A stretch of DNA of 64,000 bases from Ylistrum balloti (Eukaryota). Made by a program: the position numbers and the translations under genes. This document shows positions 50,468 through 62,889 of this stretch, piece after piece (the stretch's first letter is position 1; each line of letters begins with the position of its first letter). The stretch is taken from assembly GCF_031769215.1 (NCBI RefSeq), contig NW_026782461.1:620001-684000 (forward strand), in the 5' to 3' direction. The notes beneath the pieces were generated by a model that worked only from the letters and a program-made list of their open reading frames with translations, was not told the DNA's origin and ran no database searches.

Positions 50468-51094
50468 AACAAGAGGCCCATGGGGCCTGTATCGCTCAGC
50501 TGGTTTTGCTTTATCTTAATCAAAGAAAAAGAAATCTAAAGATTTACAAGTTATTCCCTTATGGGCCTGTACAAAATCTGGATAAGTTATTGTTATTGTC
50601 ATTTCTAGCAGGTGGATTTCAGGGATTTAGCTATATATCCTCATTTTGGCCCTAACCCAGTGGAATATTGATCCATCTTCACCCAAAGTCACTTTCTGAA
50701 TGAATTGGGACAGAATCCTGGAATTCCTAAGGGGAAAAAAATGGAAAAGAAAAAGTTTGTCTGTTTCCCATATTGGGTCAAACCCATATTGCCCCAGTGG
50801 GCCAAGATTCACTGTTTACACAAAATTGATTCCCCTTCACATAAGCATGCTTTGGACTAAAATGGTAAAATATCCAGGTATTCCTACATAAGAATTTTTT
50901 AAAAATTAGGGGTTGAAACCCAATACAAAATATACTCCTCTTCTCCCAAAGATGCATCTGACCAAATTTGGTAAAAATCTGTCTTCCATGACAAGTAGGA
51001 ATTAGTAAAAATATGTTGACGCAGGAGACAGAATGACAACTAGATTTCACAATATGGTAAAAAGCTCATTAGTTCTTGGGATTAGGTGAGCTAA
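50468..51094 (-). mobile_element. Apparently complete HINE/Helentron-associated non-autonomous element
   Basis: Left end AACAAGAGGCCCATGGGGCCTGTATCGCTCAGCTG (GGCCC/GGGCC hairpin + subterminal repeat); right end AAAGCTCA...AGGTGAGCTAA (hairpin + inverted subterminal repeat); internal tgaccaaatttgg-type subunits. This is the layout of bivalve HINEs. Confidence 0.7.
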
Positions 51095-51229
51095 TAAAAC
51101 GAGGTCTGAAGATGAAGCTAAAGGGAAAATACATACACAATTTATATATATCAAGCAATATAACGCTGAAGCAAGACAAATACAAAATGTTTTGATGGGA
51201 GGGTGATTATAACTTGGGCAAACATTTCC

Positions 51230-51562
51230 TCATATCCAGAAATCATAAGTTATTTAAGTGTTTTTACAAATTTTGACCCTTGTGGTATTGAATACTAGTA
51301 CAAAGCAAGGTAATTTCTTGGTGCAAATTTTGTCAAGCTTCATCCCAGGAACCTATATCATTCAGCCAAATATAACAATTCTAGGGCATTTGGATAAAAA
51401 GAAGCTTTTTAAAGTGTTTTCAGAAATATACTAGCTAAACTTTATGACCGTACGCTAAACGGTTACTACAGTAGACGTAATAAAAAGAAAAAGTAGACAG
51501 ACAACATATGCCACAAAATGACATAAGCTAACTTTTGCCCTTCTAGCCAAGTGATAAAAAAA
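51230..51562 (-). mobile_element. Second, more decayed HINE-like remnant
   Basis: Ends with taagctaacttttgcccttctagccaagtgataaaa (decayed terminal hairpin); internal tttgacccttg, aaattttgtcaag and ccaaatat motifs. Confidence 0.4.
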
Positions 51563-52550
51563 ACCTTTGTGTTTGATTGAAAAAATTATAAATAACTGAT
51601 TTGTTTTGCCACTTATCATCACTGTTTCTGGATCCTTGCTTGATGTTGGTAGTCTTTTAAAAATAAACAACAATGGACAAATTTTGTTTCATTTATAAGA
51701 TCTATAACTTTATTCAGACTGATACAATCGAATGATTTCTGAGTTCTTGTATAAATGGTTGATGATAATATTGATGCACAAAACTTTCATATATAATTTA
51801 CTTAAAAACCAATGCCAAAAGTAAGTAGACAACGCTACCAAGAGTAAATGTGTTTAAAGGAAAACAGAATAACAAAAATCAGACAATCAGATTGCACTAG
51901 TACATTTAAATTACATTGATATATACAATATATGACACAATGACTTTGGCCATTCATAATTAACTACCATTCACTGTATCTTTACAATGATAATGTCACT
52001 CATCCTTAACCAATTCATTCTAGAATTGGGTTACTGCTTTCATTCTTGACTTTGGTCAGCAAATTCATTTCAGACTTGAGTCATCTCTTTCACTCTTGAC
52101 TTTGGTCAGCAAATTAATTTTTACAATTTTCAAGAAGGTTAACATAAATCCAATCCATTTTTCATATTTTTATATCATCTTACGAAACCTATCATCTTAA
52201 AAAACAACTTGAGTTCTGACTGATAGATTTGCAAATACAATGTACACAAAGCTGTCCAAAAATTTGCTTACATTATATTAGTAAGTAAACATCAATGTCT
52301 TCAGACTGTCTCTATTACACATGGCATTCATTCCCTTTCTCTCGAGCAACACAGAAAGTCATGATCTCATCCAAGTGCACATTGTATACACATTTCTCTC
52401 ACTTTCGAACATATAAATGGTCATGTACACATTCATACAAAACCAACTTGTTATCAAACAAATACAAAAAAAAATTTGCTATAGATGAAGCTGGTCTGGA
52501 GAGAGTTTGACAGGATTATCTTCCCTTACACTTCAGAAGAAACAGTATGG

Positions 52551-55500
52551 TCATGATTCCACAAACTTGAAACCCTTTTTCTTTAAGTCTTCTTTAGCTT
52601 CTTCAATTTGCTGCAATAGAAATTTATAAGAAAATATGAAATATTTTTTTCTAGATCCTGCGACATCTATTGTAGTCATACCAAAACAACAAATATGTTG
52701 TGTGTTACAGAAGTGATTTCTTGACATGGTTGATTCCGATATATGGTGAAATTCACCTAACGGTAAGTAAGATCAAAGAATTAAAATGAGAATATAAAAA
52801 TTTTACACAATAACATGTTCTTTCACACTGAATTTTAAACTTTTTATGCAAATATTACTTATGTTTCCTGTCTACTTCATTCCTTTTTGTCTTTTGTTTC
52901 CTTCTTTTTTGTTTTTTTTTCTTATTGCAACAGGCTTTAAAATTGCTATAATGACCTTTGGCTGTTCAACAACATATGAGAAGAAATAGGTAAAGCAATG
53001 AAGGAAAGCAGATAATTGAAGAAGGAAATGGGAAGGAGGTTTAATAGACTTGTAAGGGTAATTAAAAGAAAATTAAGGTTTGATTGTTTCTCCAAATCAT
53101 TTTGTTGACTTATACATCAAATAAATATTAATCATAATAACCTCATGGGTTGTATGGTTCCCAGGTTATTTAGATAATTCTGTGACCTTCTCACTTGAAA
53201 ATAAATCATTGAAATATTTCATTATTCTACACCAGAAGAATTTTTTCAATCTTTAATTCTACTTTGATTATCAAATGCATTAGTTGTCTGCATTGCTCAC
53301 TTTGTCAAACTTTCAGATAATTAAGACAAAATCACTTTCACTTTAGTTAAGGAAATACATACATTACAATGTACTTTCTACTCCAACTATTAATTCATTT
53401 AGAAAATTTGTTGAGTTTATAAAATAAACACACCAACCTGTTGTAATTCTTTTGAAGCATCAACACAATCGTTGAATGTAGCCACTCTGTATCCTATCAC
53501 AGCTAGAGAGACACACTGCAACAGTATATCAGGATAAACCAATAAGATTGTGTAATTATGTAAAACCTGTGTTTTTTTTAGGTAAACAAAAACCACAACA
53601 TGTACTTCAGTTGTTGTGGTATTTAATTTTTAAACTTTTTAATCAAAAACCATTTTCATCAATTATCATGTAAAAAAAACAGATATTGCCTTAGTGGCAT
53701 GTTCTTCACAATAATTAAATATCCATGATATTTGTATTTCTCATTCCAATAATATCTCAAACAAATTATTATCAAACAAATACTTACTGCAAAACCTATT
53801 AATAAATACAATGGGAGCTGAAAAGAAATTTAAAAAAACCATCAAACTACATAAACATAAAAGTAAAACAGGTGATGTTTACATTAGTTCAATAACACAC
53901 TTCTAAGTCAAGATTTCTAGATGTTTACACTAGTTCAGTAACACACACTATAGTCAAGACTTCTAAAAATATCAAAATTTTCAATCCCAATGTTGTGAAA
54001 AATAAAAATGATCTCTCAAAGCACATCACATTTAACAGTATTAGTTTACATTTAATAGTTTACTAACTCACATTTGAAAGACATATCTCCTGTTTGTAGC
54101 GAGATATGACAATATTACACTCTGTACCCAGTCAGAACAATGTCCTGAGTCTATTTACTTTGTTAGTATACAATATAAATAGTAATACTATTTGCCCTGA
54201 CAGTATCACATCTATAAAGGTACTCAAAGGTACCATACACAATTACCTTACTATTGTCTTAGCTGTTGTATCAATGTACAATATCATTACAGGTTTTCAC
54301 AGCAGCAAAGATTGCTACTGTATAAATATAAAATATCATTACAGATTTTTACAGCAGCTAAGATTCCTACTGTATATATAGCAGCTAAGATCCCTACTGT
54401 ATGAATTTACAATATCATTACAGGTTTTTACAGCAGCAAAGATTACTGCTGTATAAATATACAATATCATTACAGGTTTTTTTTATAGCAGCTAAGATTA
54501 TGGTGAAGTTGTGACTTGTATCTGTGTAACATAGAATGTTATGTTTCTACCTACTGTATATCTATGTGTAGATATAAGATATCCTTAAGGTAAGTACCCA
54601 GACATAATAATGTCCTTCTGCTTGATGTACACTTACAAACAATATAAGATCTTTGTGTGTTGTAGAAAAGTCTGTTTCTACATAGTTCAGCACCAGACTC
54701 AGCCACACAGCCAAGAAAGTTCCTACCCCAAACAGCCACTGGAAAAGCTTGGGTATCTGAAAGGAAAAGAATACAGTTATAGAATAAGATACCAATCAGT
54801 GTTAATTGTTTTTGTTGATCAGTTGTGATTTCATATTGTCATGGAAGGAAAGACAATAGCAGACAAACCAATGAATAAAGTTGAAGCACAAAGAATTTCT
54901 CTTAAAACACATGGTAATAACTTTCTTTCAAGTCAAAAGAATGCCAAAATAATTCAGGCAAGTAGTATATTACATACTTTGTAACCATCATTGAACATAG
55001 TCTCAGTAAAGCACAGTATGTACGCCATAGTATAAATTATATATCAAAATGTCTGATATGGTGCCTACATCGACTTTAATATCTATACTAGTATTTAAGT
55101 CCATTGTATTAACAATGATGAATGTATAAATTGACAACTGCTTGACAGCAGCACATCTAAAAGTTAATTTCAGAATGTTTGACAACTAAGAAATGAGTGT
55201 TTCATAATTTGTTCATATCAGCCTCATACAGCATGCATGGGATCAAGTCCTTCGTAGAGCATTTCAGCTCCCATCGGTTGTCATGCTTACCACAATTCCA
55301 TCTTACAAGAGTGAAACAAATAGAGGTAACTCTTTGATGTATCTATAATACACCAATTGAATTAAATTTGAAATAGCCAATGATAGTTAGCTCATTGATC
55401 TGTCTGGTCTGGTGCACTACTAGCTAACCAGAAACCTGTACCCTAAATTTTGTGCACTAATAGTGTAAAAGGTTACCAGTTAAAAGGTCATTTGTGCATT

Positions 55501-56220
55501 ATATATCAGAGATAGACTGACTAAGTGTGTTTGGTTCAACTACATGTGTGTGTAAATATCTGGCAGGTGTCTTTTTTTTTGACAAATTCATTCACTCATG
55601 CACATGTTCTTATGAGTTGTGATAAGTGGTAACTTTCAAATTCATCTCTGAGTGTAAGGAAAAAAATCTCCACATCTGAAAAAAAAATCCACACCAGTCA
55701 CCTCCTGCAACATGTAGTGGGAAAATATGTATTAAACATAGAGATGAAATTTCAATACCAGGTATTATCTTTTTGTGTCAAATTTTGAAGTGAAGTGTTC
55801 ATCGTTCTTTCTCAATAGTGAGATATCTTATGTGTCTCATTTGAGTATATTTTTGTTTTGTGTGTCTAACCTTTGAAAAGAAGTGTAAAAACTTCGATAA
55901 TTAATTGATGATATGATTTAATCCTGGGTCATATTACAGAGAAAATGACCAATCTTACTTTACTAGGCTTATTGCTAATATCGTTGATGTTAGATACAAA
56001 GACAAATAGATCGGATCTTAAGAGTTCGACATCTAAACAGCTGTTATGATGCTTGATACAGTAACAGCTCTATAACAAAATATGTAAAACGTGACCGACT
56101 GTTTAGCATGGCAAAATGACAATTAGCTATCTTACACCATGTTGCGACTTGCAAAATGCATGTCAAATGTAAATATTCAAGCAATTTCAAAATAACATTG
56201 ATAAAACTTACCCCAGACAT
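52551..56220 (-). CDS. DPM3: Dolichol-phosphate mannosyltransferase subunit 3, 98 aa. Coding exons: 56212-56220, 54637-54756, 53788-53817, 53438-53515, 52551-52610
   Basis: Five GT-AG exons, all phase 0: MSG-IPKLFQWLFGVGTFLAVWLSLVLNYVETDFSTTHKDLILF-LPLYLLIGFA-CVSLAVIGYRVATFNDCVDASKELQQ-QIEEAKEDLKKKGFKFVES*. This matches human DPM3 (KLAQWL, LPAYLL, GYRVATFHDC, ELQSQIQEARADLARRG). Confidence 0.95.
54268..54498. repeat. ~53-bp tandem repeat in DPM3 intron 2
   Basis: Recurring tgtataaatatacaatatcattacaggttttt-acagcagc(a/t)aagatt(g/c)ctac, about 4 imperfect copies. Confidence 0.8.
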
Positions 56221-56459
56221 TGCAATTTGAAAGCTTTAAGATGACAGGAATGGTCTAAAATGAAAGTAGATTTTCAGCCAAATGCTAGCTCCACGTCGTT
56301 GTTTGCGTCATGCCGGTGCTACATATTCTGTGTCATTTTTCTGCTTGTAATGAAGGTGTATATCTCCTTCAATAACAAGCGTTTGCATGACCATTTTAAT
56401 TAAGTAACCTTTCGATGGAAAGAAGAAGGTCGTCAACGTGAATCTGATTTTGACGAAAA
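56221..56459. promoter_or_regulatory. Compact bidirectional promoter DPM3/TIMM17
   Basis: Only 239 bp separate the two divergent ATGs; CpG-retaining, with ccacgtcg, gcgtcat and cgtcaacgtga elements. Confidence 0.8.
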
Positions 56460-59400
56460 ATGGAAGATTACGCCAGAGATCCATGGTAAATTACATGCAA
56501 GAAGTAACAATTTTGTATATATTTCGACACTGTGTTGTTTCCACACAGTCTTTATCTAATTTTAATCGGTAAAATTAAATGCGAACACATTGACCACATG
56601 GTTACATCAGACCATGTGCTTGGTTGTGTGAAAAATGGTTAAGCTTACTTGACATATCTTCAGTTCCTAGTTGAAAACGATACATTTTCGATGTAATATC
56701 GAGTATTATATTGGGTGTATTGATTTAATTTCATACTTCATTCATGAAGTGATCTTTGAAACCATTTCACTTCGTAATGTAAAATATTATGTAAGTATTG
56801 TGGGGAAGGTCGTCACCAATGCACGTCTAAATATCCTAATAATGCCCCAAAATAACCAAATGTTAGTTAATTATACTATAATATCAATTACTCATTGCAA
56901 ATAATCAAATAACTTAATTGAATGAATTGTATTTTCTACGAATTATTGATTTTGTGCTGGGTGGTTACCCCAAACCACTCAACCCTAAACAAATACTAGC
57001 TCTATGATATAATATCTATTTATAATTGTAAATTATCGAATATCTTAATTAAGTATATTGTATTTTTATTGAAAAACTGTGGCTTTGTGCTGGATTGTTG
57101 CCCTGCCCTACCCAATACTACATTATACCACCAAAATATGACAAAATTAAAATGATTTTGTTTTGATGTAAACTAAGATATTTTAATAATCAGATATCAC
57201 ACTTAAACTTCTGATATTGATTCTTAGAAATTCAATGACTTCATGCAGAATAAAGGGGCGTAAATCGAATAAGGGATATGTATTTGGTTGCATGTGACAG
57301 TATGCAGTACCAATATTCTGCAAAAATATAATCGTTCAGAAGAATTATGTTTTTGTAATTATTAAATGCAGTAAGTAAAAATCTGATTGTATTGAAATAG
57401 AAAACTATTCAACTGACTAGTGAACTTTTTCAGTTACATAAACAAATTCAGTAATTTACAGGGTCATGGTCTATAATATTGAACCTTAAGCTTCCCAGTA
57501 ATGTTTTTAAATTCACCACCAGTAAATAGTGCTTAAATATCCACCTGTTGAAGTTAAATCCACACTGCGATAACCAGAATGCTAATATAAGGTAACTGAA
57601 TGTCTTGAGCTTGTAGTTCCATAGTGTACCTGTAGCATTTTCAAAATTCATTGAATTATACCTCCAGAAGTTAAACAAAATTTATATTATAACAATATTA
57701 GTCTGTCACCTACTTAAAGTCAATTTTAGCATTGACCAATAGCAATGTACTACTATTTATGCTGCCAAAGAAATTTTACATCAGTTTGGTAGAAGATTAT
57801 TTAGACAATATAAGGAACATCTCCTTTGCTTTCCTTGCAGTCCTTGGAGGATCATGGATGATTGTGGAGGTGCTTTCTCTATCGGAATTATTGGAGGTTC
57901 AATTTTTCATGGTTTCTCAGGATATAGAAACGCTGCAAAAATACCAGTATGTATTGCTAAAATTCTTTCGTTATGATTTACTGAATCGTTTGATTACATA
58001 GTCATTTGAGTTTACAAATCTATATTTTTGTAACAAGCAGCAATAAGACATTTCCATTAAAAGAAAAATAAGAAAGATACATCAATTTTGTCACTTTTAT
58101 AGTTTAATTGACAAAAATACAAGGAAAAACATAATATTGTTGGAAAGTAATTGATATTAGCAACAAAGGTTAAATGTGTATTTGCATTAAAAGCAATAAC
58201 TGAGAAATTGTTTATTAGTGTTTCATTCTTAAAACTATATATGAATATTTTATTATTATTATTGTTAAAAAGTATGTGACGAAAAAATATTATTAAAAAT
58301 CAATTATCTTCCAATTTTCCTATTTATCTATTGTTTTGCAGGGCAAATGGAACAGACTGACTGGGATGGTACACAACGTAAGGACAAAATCTCCAATCAC
58401 AGGAGGTACTTATTTTTATTTCATGACTTATGTATAAGATATGATAAAATAGGTTTTACAGGGCAAAATGTTAAATCATACTTTTATTCCTGTGTTATGC
58501 AGCTGGTTACATGTAACCAGACTGCAAAAAATTCATCAGTGTTGCATTACAGTAATATGTTTGCCCAGTTTTAAAGCTGGAATAGAGACTTTGATTTAGG
58601 TAGCAATGAAAATCAAGTAGATGGGAACATTGCAATTTTTTTGTTTCTGATTTCAAAACTGAAACTTTGGTGTTCAGAACTTTTGTTATTCAGCCAACAA
58701 TTAGGCAGAAAATAAATTAACCATGATTTGAATTTGTCTATTTTCTTTTGGGAAATTTAAAAATAATATTTATCTTGGTTGAATTTCTGCAAGTTCTGCA
58801 ATAGATATAATTAATTAATTGTTGTAACAAGACAACAGGGTTTTATTACAGCATGAGATAGGATTATTTTGTCTTTATTCTGCAGTATCTTTTTTCCAAA
58901 AAATCAGATAATTTCCTGTGGAAATTTGAGAAAAGGCTCTTTAAAAAATACACTCAAAGGAGTGACATTAGGTGTTTTCTTACACGTCCTACAATTTGTT
59001 TAGATATCTGAAGTACTTGTGTAACAAGTTAGCAGGTTTCATCATATAACTGGAATGCTCTGCCAAGTAATACATGTATGTCATAGTTATCATGATATAT
59101 ATATGTATGATAACTTTTGTGAAACCACAACTAAAGACATCACCTTGCTTTCTTGGCAGTGATAAAAATTTGCAGTTTGACTTTTTTTTATTTTCCCAAA
59201 AAATTTAGTTTTGTGATAAGTTCTATATTATACAAGTGTTCAAATCATGTTGAACTGATGAATCTTGTCCTGTAACTTTATGTGTCAATGGCTGGAGAAG
59301 GTGTCTGTTAATATGGTTGAAATATAGGAATTTTTATCACTGAGGTTGTAACACTTTCACCTGTGAATCTGACCCAATAGGGTTGCTAGGTCAGCAGTAA

Positions 59401-61140
59401 TATTGTTGATCAATTAAGTAGCTGCCTGGTGCAATACTTCAGGGAGGTCTGGTATCATATCTGGTCTAATGGTAAAACTACAAATCACTATTTCAATGAG
59501 TAACAATGTCACATTAAATTACTGAACTGTTAAGAAAGTCGATAAACACAAGTGTGAGATATGGATAGGTCATGCTGTTTCTTGATGTCTTTTAAAATAT
59601 CATTTTTTTTTGCAGGTAACTTTGCTATTTGGGGAGGATTATTTTCTGGAATTGATTGCCTATTGGTTTACTTTCGTGGGAAGGAAGATTACATCAATTC
59701 GATCGCTAGCGGAGCTGCCACAGGAGGAATTCTATCTATACGAAGTGAGTATGAAAATCGTTTGTAATAGACAGAGAGGTATAATGATGTGGAGGTAACA
59801 TTCTGTGAAAGAGGTAGATTTGGTAGTCATTATTTGAATGTTATGAAGTGAATGGTATGAGGAGCTGGTGTAGTGCCATAGTGAAAAATTCCTTGTGAAA
59901 ACATGTTGTAAGAAACTAGATTTTGCTAGATTTCAGGGTTTTCCATAACCGACTACTTTGATCATTTGGCCGCCTACACCAATCCAGTTCCGTAATAATG
60001 TTCCGTACACGACTACACGTACACGGCAGGCCAGCCTCCTACTTTCACTACACAGCCTACTACTAACAAATTTATGGAAAACCCTGAGATTGAGAATTCA
60101 GATTTAGAGCAGTATTATTTTCTGTGTTCAGTGTGTTAATAGTTTGACATGTTAGAAAGAATGACACATTCATACTTGTAGACTCTTTGTTGATTAAGTT
60201 CATTTATGTTTAGCAATTTCTTTTGTTAAATGGATGATTATCAGATCTTGTTGAGTACGAAGATTTCTTCATTGTTAATGCTTGATTATTTTAGATGGTC
60301 CGTATCAGATGATGGCATCAGCTGCAATTGGTAAGTACATATAATGTATTGAATATTGAGCAATTTTCACTTACTGGTAGTCTGAACTCTGTAAAAGTTA
60401 AGATACATTTGTACCTGGTTCGTTGTAAATCAATTTGTATCCATCTGTAACATGTCAGCCATTTAGGTCATGAATCAAATTTACAGACTGAATAGACATG
60501 AATAAGAAATAATACTTTATGAAATTATTGACCTTTTTTTGTTTGCAACAAACTGCTCTACATTTCAAGATTACCTCCCTTTACAGGTGGTTTATTACTG
60601 GGTATGATAGAAGGAGTGGGAATCTTCATCACTTATATAACTGCTTCTCAGTTTGATCCTGGTAAGTCTCATATCACACCTTTTGGTATAAATATCAACC
60701 TTGCGCTGTTGATGTAACACAATTTCATTGCTGCATATTAAGCTTCGTCACATGCTATCTTGATAATCTGCTTTGTTTGAGACTTTGTCTATTTGTAATT
60801 CAAAATGGAGTTCTTTTGGCATGTTTTAACTTTTAAAGAATTTTTCAATTCTTGACATTAAAATGATCCACTGTAGCATTAAGTAAATTAAATACAAAAA
60901 TGTAAAAAAAATAATTAAGTCAATAAAAAAGCTAAAAAAAAAAGCATTAAGTAAGATTCGGTATGTATTCTTAGATTATTTCCGATATAAAACCAGACTC
61001 TTATGTAGATTAAGATGATCACAAAGCTTTTTGTTTCGTCAACAGCTAACAGACAGATGATGGAGGACCCAAACCAGCTCCCAGAAAAATCAGTAGGAAA
61101 CACGAACACAAATATGTATGGTATGGCTTCATATCAATGA
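56460..61140 (+). CDS. TIMM17: Mitochondrial inner membrane translocase subunit Tim17, 176 aa. Coding exons: 56460-56485, 57841-57946, 58342-58405, 59616-59744, 60295-60330, 60587-60661, 61046-61140
   Basis: 531 nt in frame: [24 protein letters not shown]...[46 protein letters not shown]...[12 protein letters not shown]...MEDPNQLP. The 26-, 64- and 129-nt exons equal the human TIMM17A sizes as I recall them. Confidence 0.96.
59934..60086 (-). mobile_element. MITE copy 2 (153 bp), reverse orientation, in TIMM17 intron 4
   Basis: 15-bp perfect TIR CAGGGTTTTCCATAA; interior is the reverse complement of 33004-33179 with few substitutions and a ~23-bp shorter end; flanks AGATTT / AGATTG (5 of 6 matching TSD). 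Confidence 0.9.
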
Positions 61141-61229
61141 TTTCTATCTTTAGGGTCGTTAAAAAGAATGTGATAAAGACTTTGGTAGGATCAATGCTTT
61201 TTCTCAAGGGCAGACATTAAGCTGACTTA

Positions 61230-61370
61230 TAAATATCACCCTTCATGGACATGTACTGTTCTCATGGATAGATAGGTTAACCCTTCATGGACGAATATCA
61301 CTCTTCACGGACAAATATTACCCACAAGGATGAATATCACCCTCATGGAGAGATATCATTCCTGTCGATC
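61230..61370. repeat. Degenerate ~21-23-bp minisatellite in the TIMM17 3' region
   Basis: Recurring aatatcacccttcatggac motif. Confidence 0.6.
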
Positions 61371-62846
61371 ACAATCATCCTCATATATTCTTTAGCGAGT
61401 ATTTACATTATGGGAATGCATTGCCCTCATGGACTCACCTCATTGTGCTGAGTGGTTGATATAGAGAAGTGAAAAATGAAAGTTGTGTCTTTATGGTATA
61501 TAGCATCCGTGGTTGATGTAACACCGGCACGTATCAGACTCAATGGATACATGTTTGTGACAGGTCAGTGAGCTGCTACAGAGACCTGGTACTTTGTGTG
61601 ACAATGTTTAGACCTGTATAAAACATTTGCTTACTAGTATATGTGATGTACTCAACGGTCAAGCAATGGTCATCAGTCAAGCAGTATCTATCACTATTAA
61701 ATACTGTTTGCCTCTGTTAATTTTATTGATATTTCAAGATAAAAACATACTTTACATTCATAGTTGACAACATATTGTTAACTTGGGTAGGGCTATGAAA
61801 AAAATGACCATTCAACAATTATTAGTAAATGTTTCTCTTGCTGAATACAGCTCAGAAAAATGATGGATACCCGCCAGGTTGACCCGGAGTGAATGTGGCT
61901 TTCCCAGATCTGAACAAGGTACTGCTAGTCCCGGTATAAAAGATTGATAGTTGATATGAGAAGTTGTTGTTTGTCATGTAGATTGTTGTTATCTACTTCA
62001 TCTTGTGAATTTTTGGTCTTGAAGCTCTGCATTGAGAGTTGCATGATAATACAAACCCAATTTTGGCTATGGATGATATGAGACTCAACTTCTGATAGCT
62101 TTCAAACTATGTATTTACCAATGAAGAAAGATCCCCTATACCTCAGTAGACCTGCACTAAGCTGGTCGTTTAAAAAATAAGAAATAACTTTAAAAATAAA
62201 TCACAGTGTTAAAAGTCTAAAGTCTAGCAGCCATACATCACAATGTGGGTTTAAGATCCTACGTCTTTGTTACCACCTACCGAGGTAGATTTTTTGCTAC
62301 ATACACACTGTAATAGGAGTACATTATTGCAGGTCACTCTTTGTCTTTCTTTTCGGTCCTTCTCATTTCTCCATCACCGCCTCAAATACATTTACTCTAT
62401 AAGTAATCAGACTTCTGTTTATATATACGGCCTTTGTTGCTATAAGAGTCTTGAATCAAGGATAATTACACAGTGTAGGTGACCGAATACTCACCAACTT
62501 TATTGTTAATAACTTACTTGCCAATTTCTAGTTTTCTGTTTAGAAGTGTTCAGTTAATTGAACTTTTTACTTTGGGGATATTAACGAAAGTGTTTGAATT
62601 AGATTTGTATATCATAGCCATAACTACAGGTTAAGTTTTTTTCTGAAGGGTGGCAATATTTAATCCAATTTTACATATTCCAAAATTGTTAGCAGTTGAC
62701 AGCAATTATAAAAATGTATAGCCAAAAAAGGCAGGATTTTTGTTGCATAAGAATATCACAGACTTAAATGTCTGGATGATTTTATTTGATTTTATGAACT
62801 TTGTTGTTGCAGTGGTGAATGTATTGATGCGCATAACTACAATGTA

Positions 62847-62849
<3 letters not shown>

Positions 62850-62888
<39 letters not shown>
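62850..62888. repeat. (GT)n microsatellite, ~19 units
   Basis: Pure GT dinucleotide run. Confidence 0.98.

Positions 62889-62889
<1 letters not shown>

Noticed and set aside
52037-53965. Two-copy tandem duplications (50-bp period at ~52037-52120; 46-bp period at ~53874-53965)
   Set aside because: These are ordinary local slippage duplications in UTR or intron sequence with no further structure.
61855-61945. GC-richer segment after TIMM17 considered as a possible snoRNA or tRNA
   Set aside because: No exact C box (RTGATGA) with terminal stem and no cloverleaf could be built. No tRNA or rRNA was recognised anywhere in the window.
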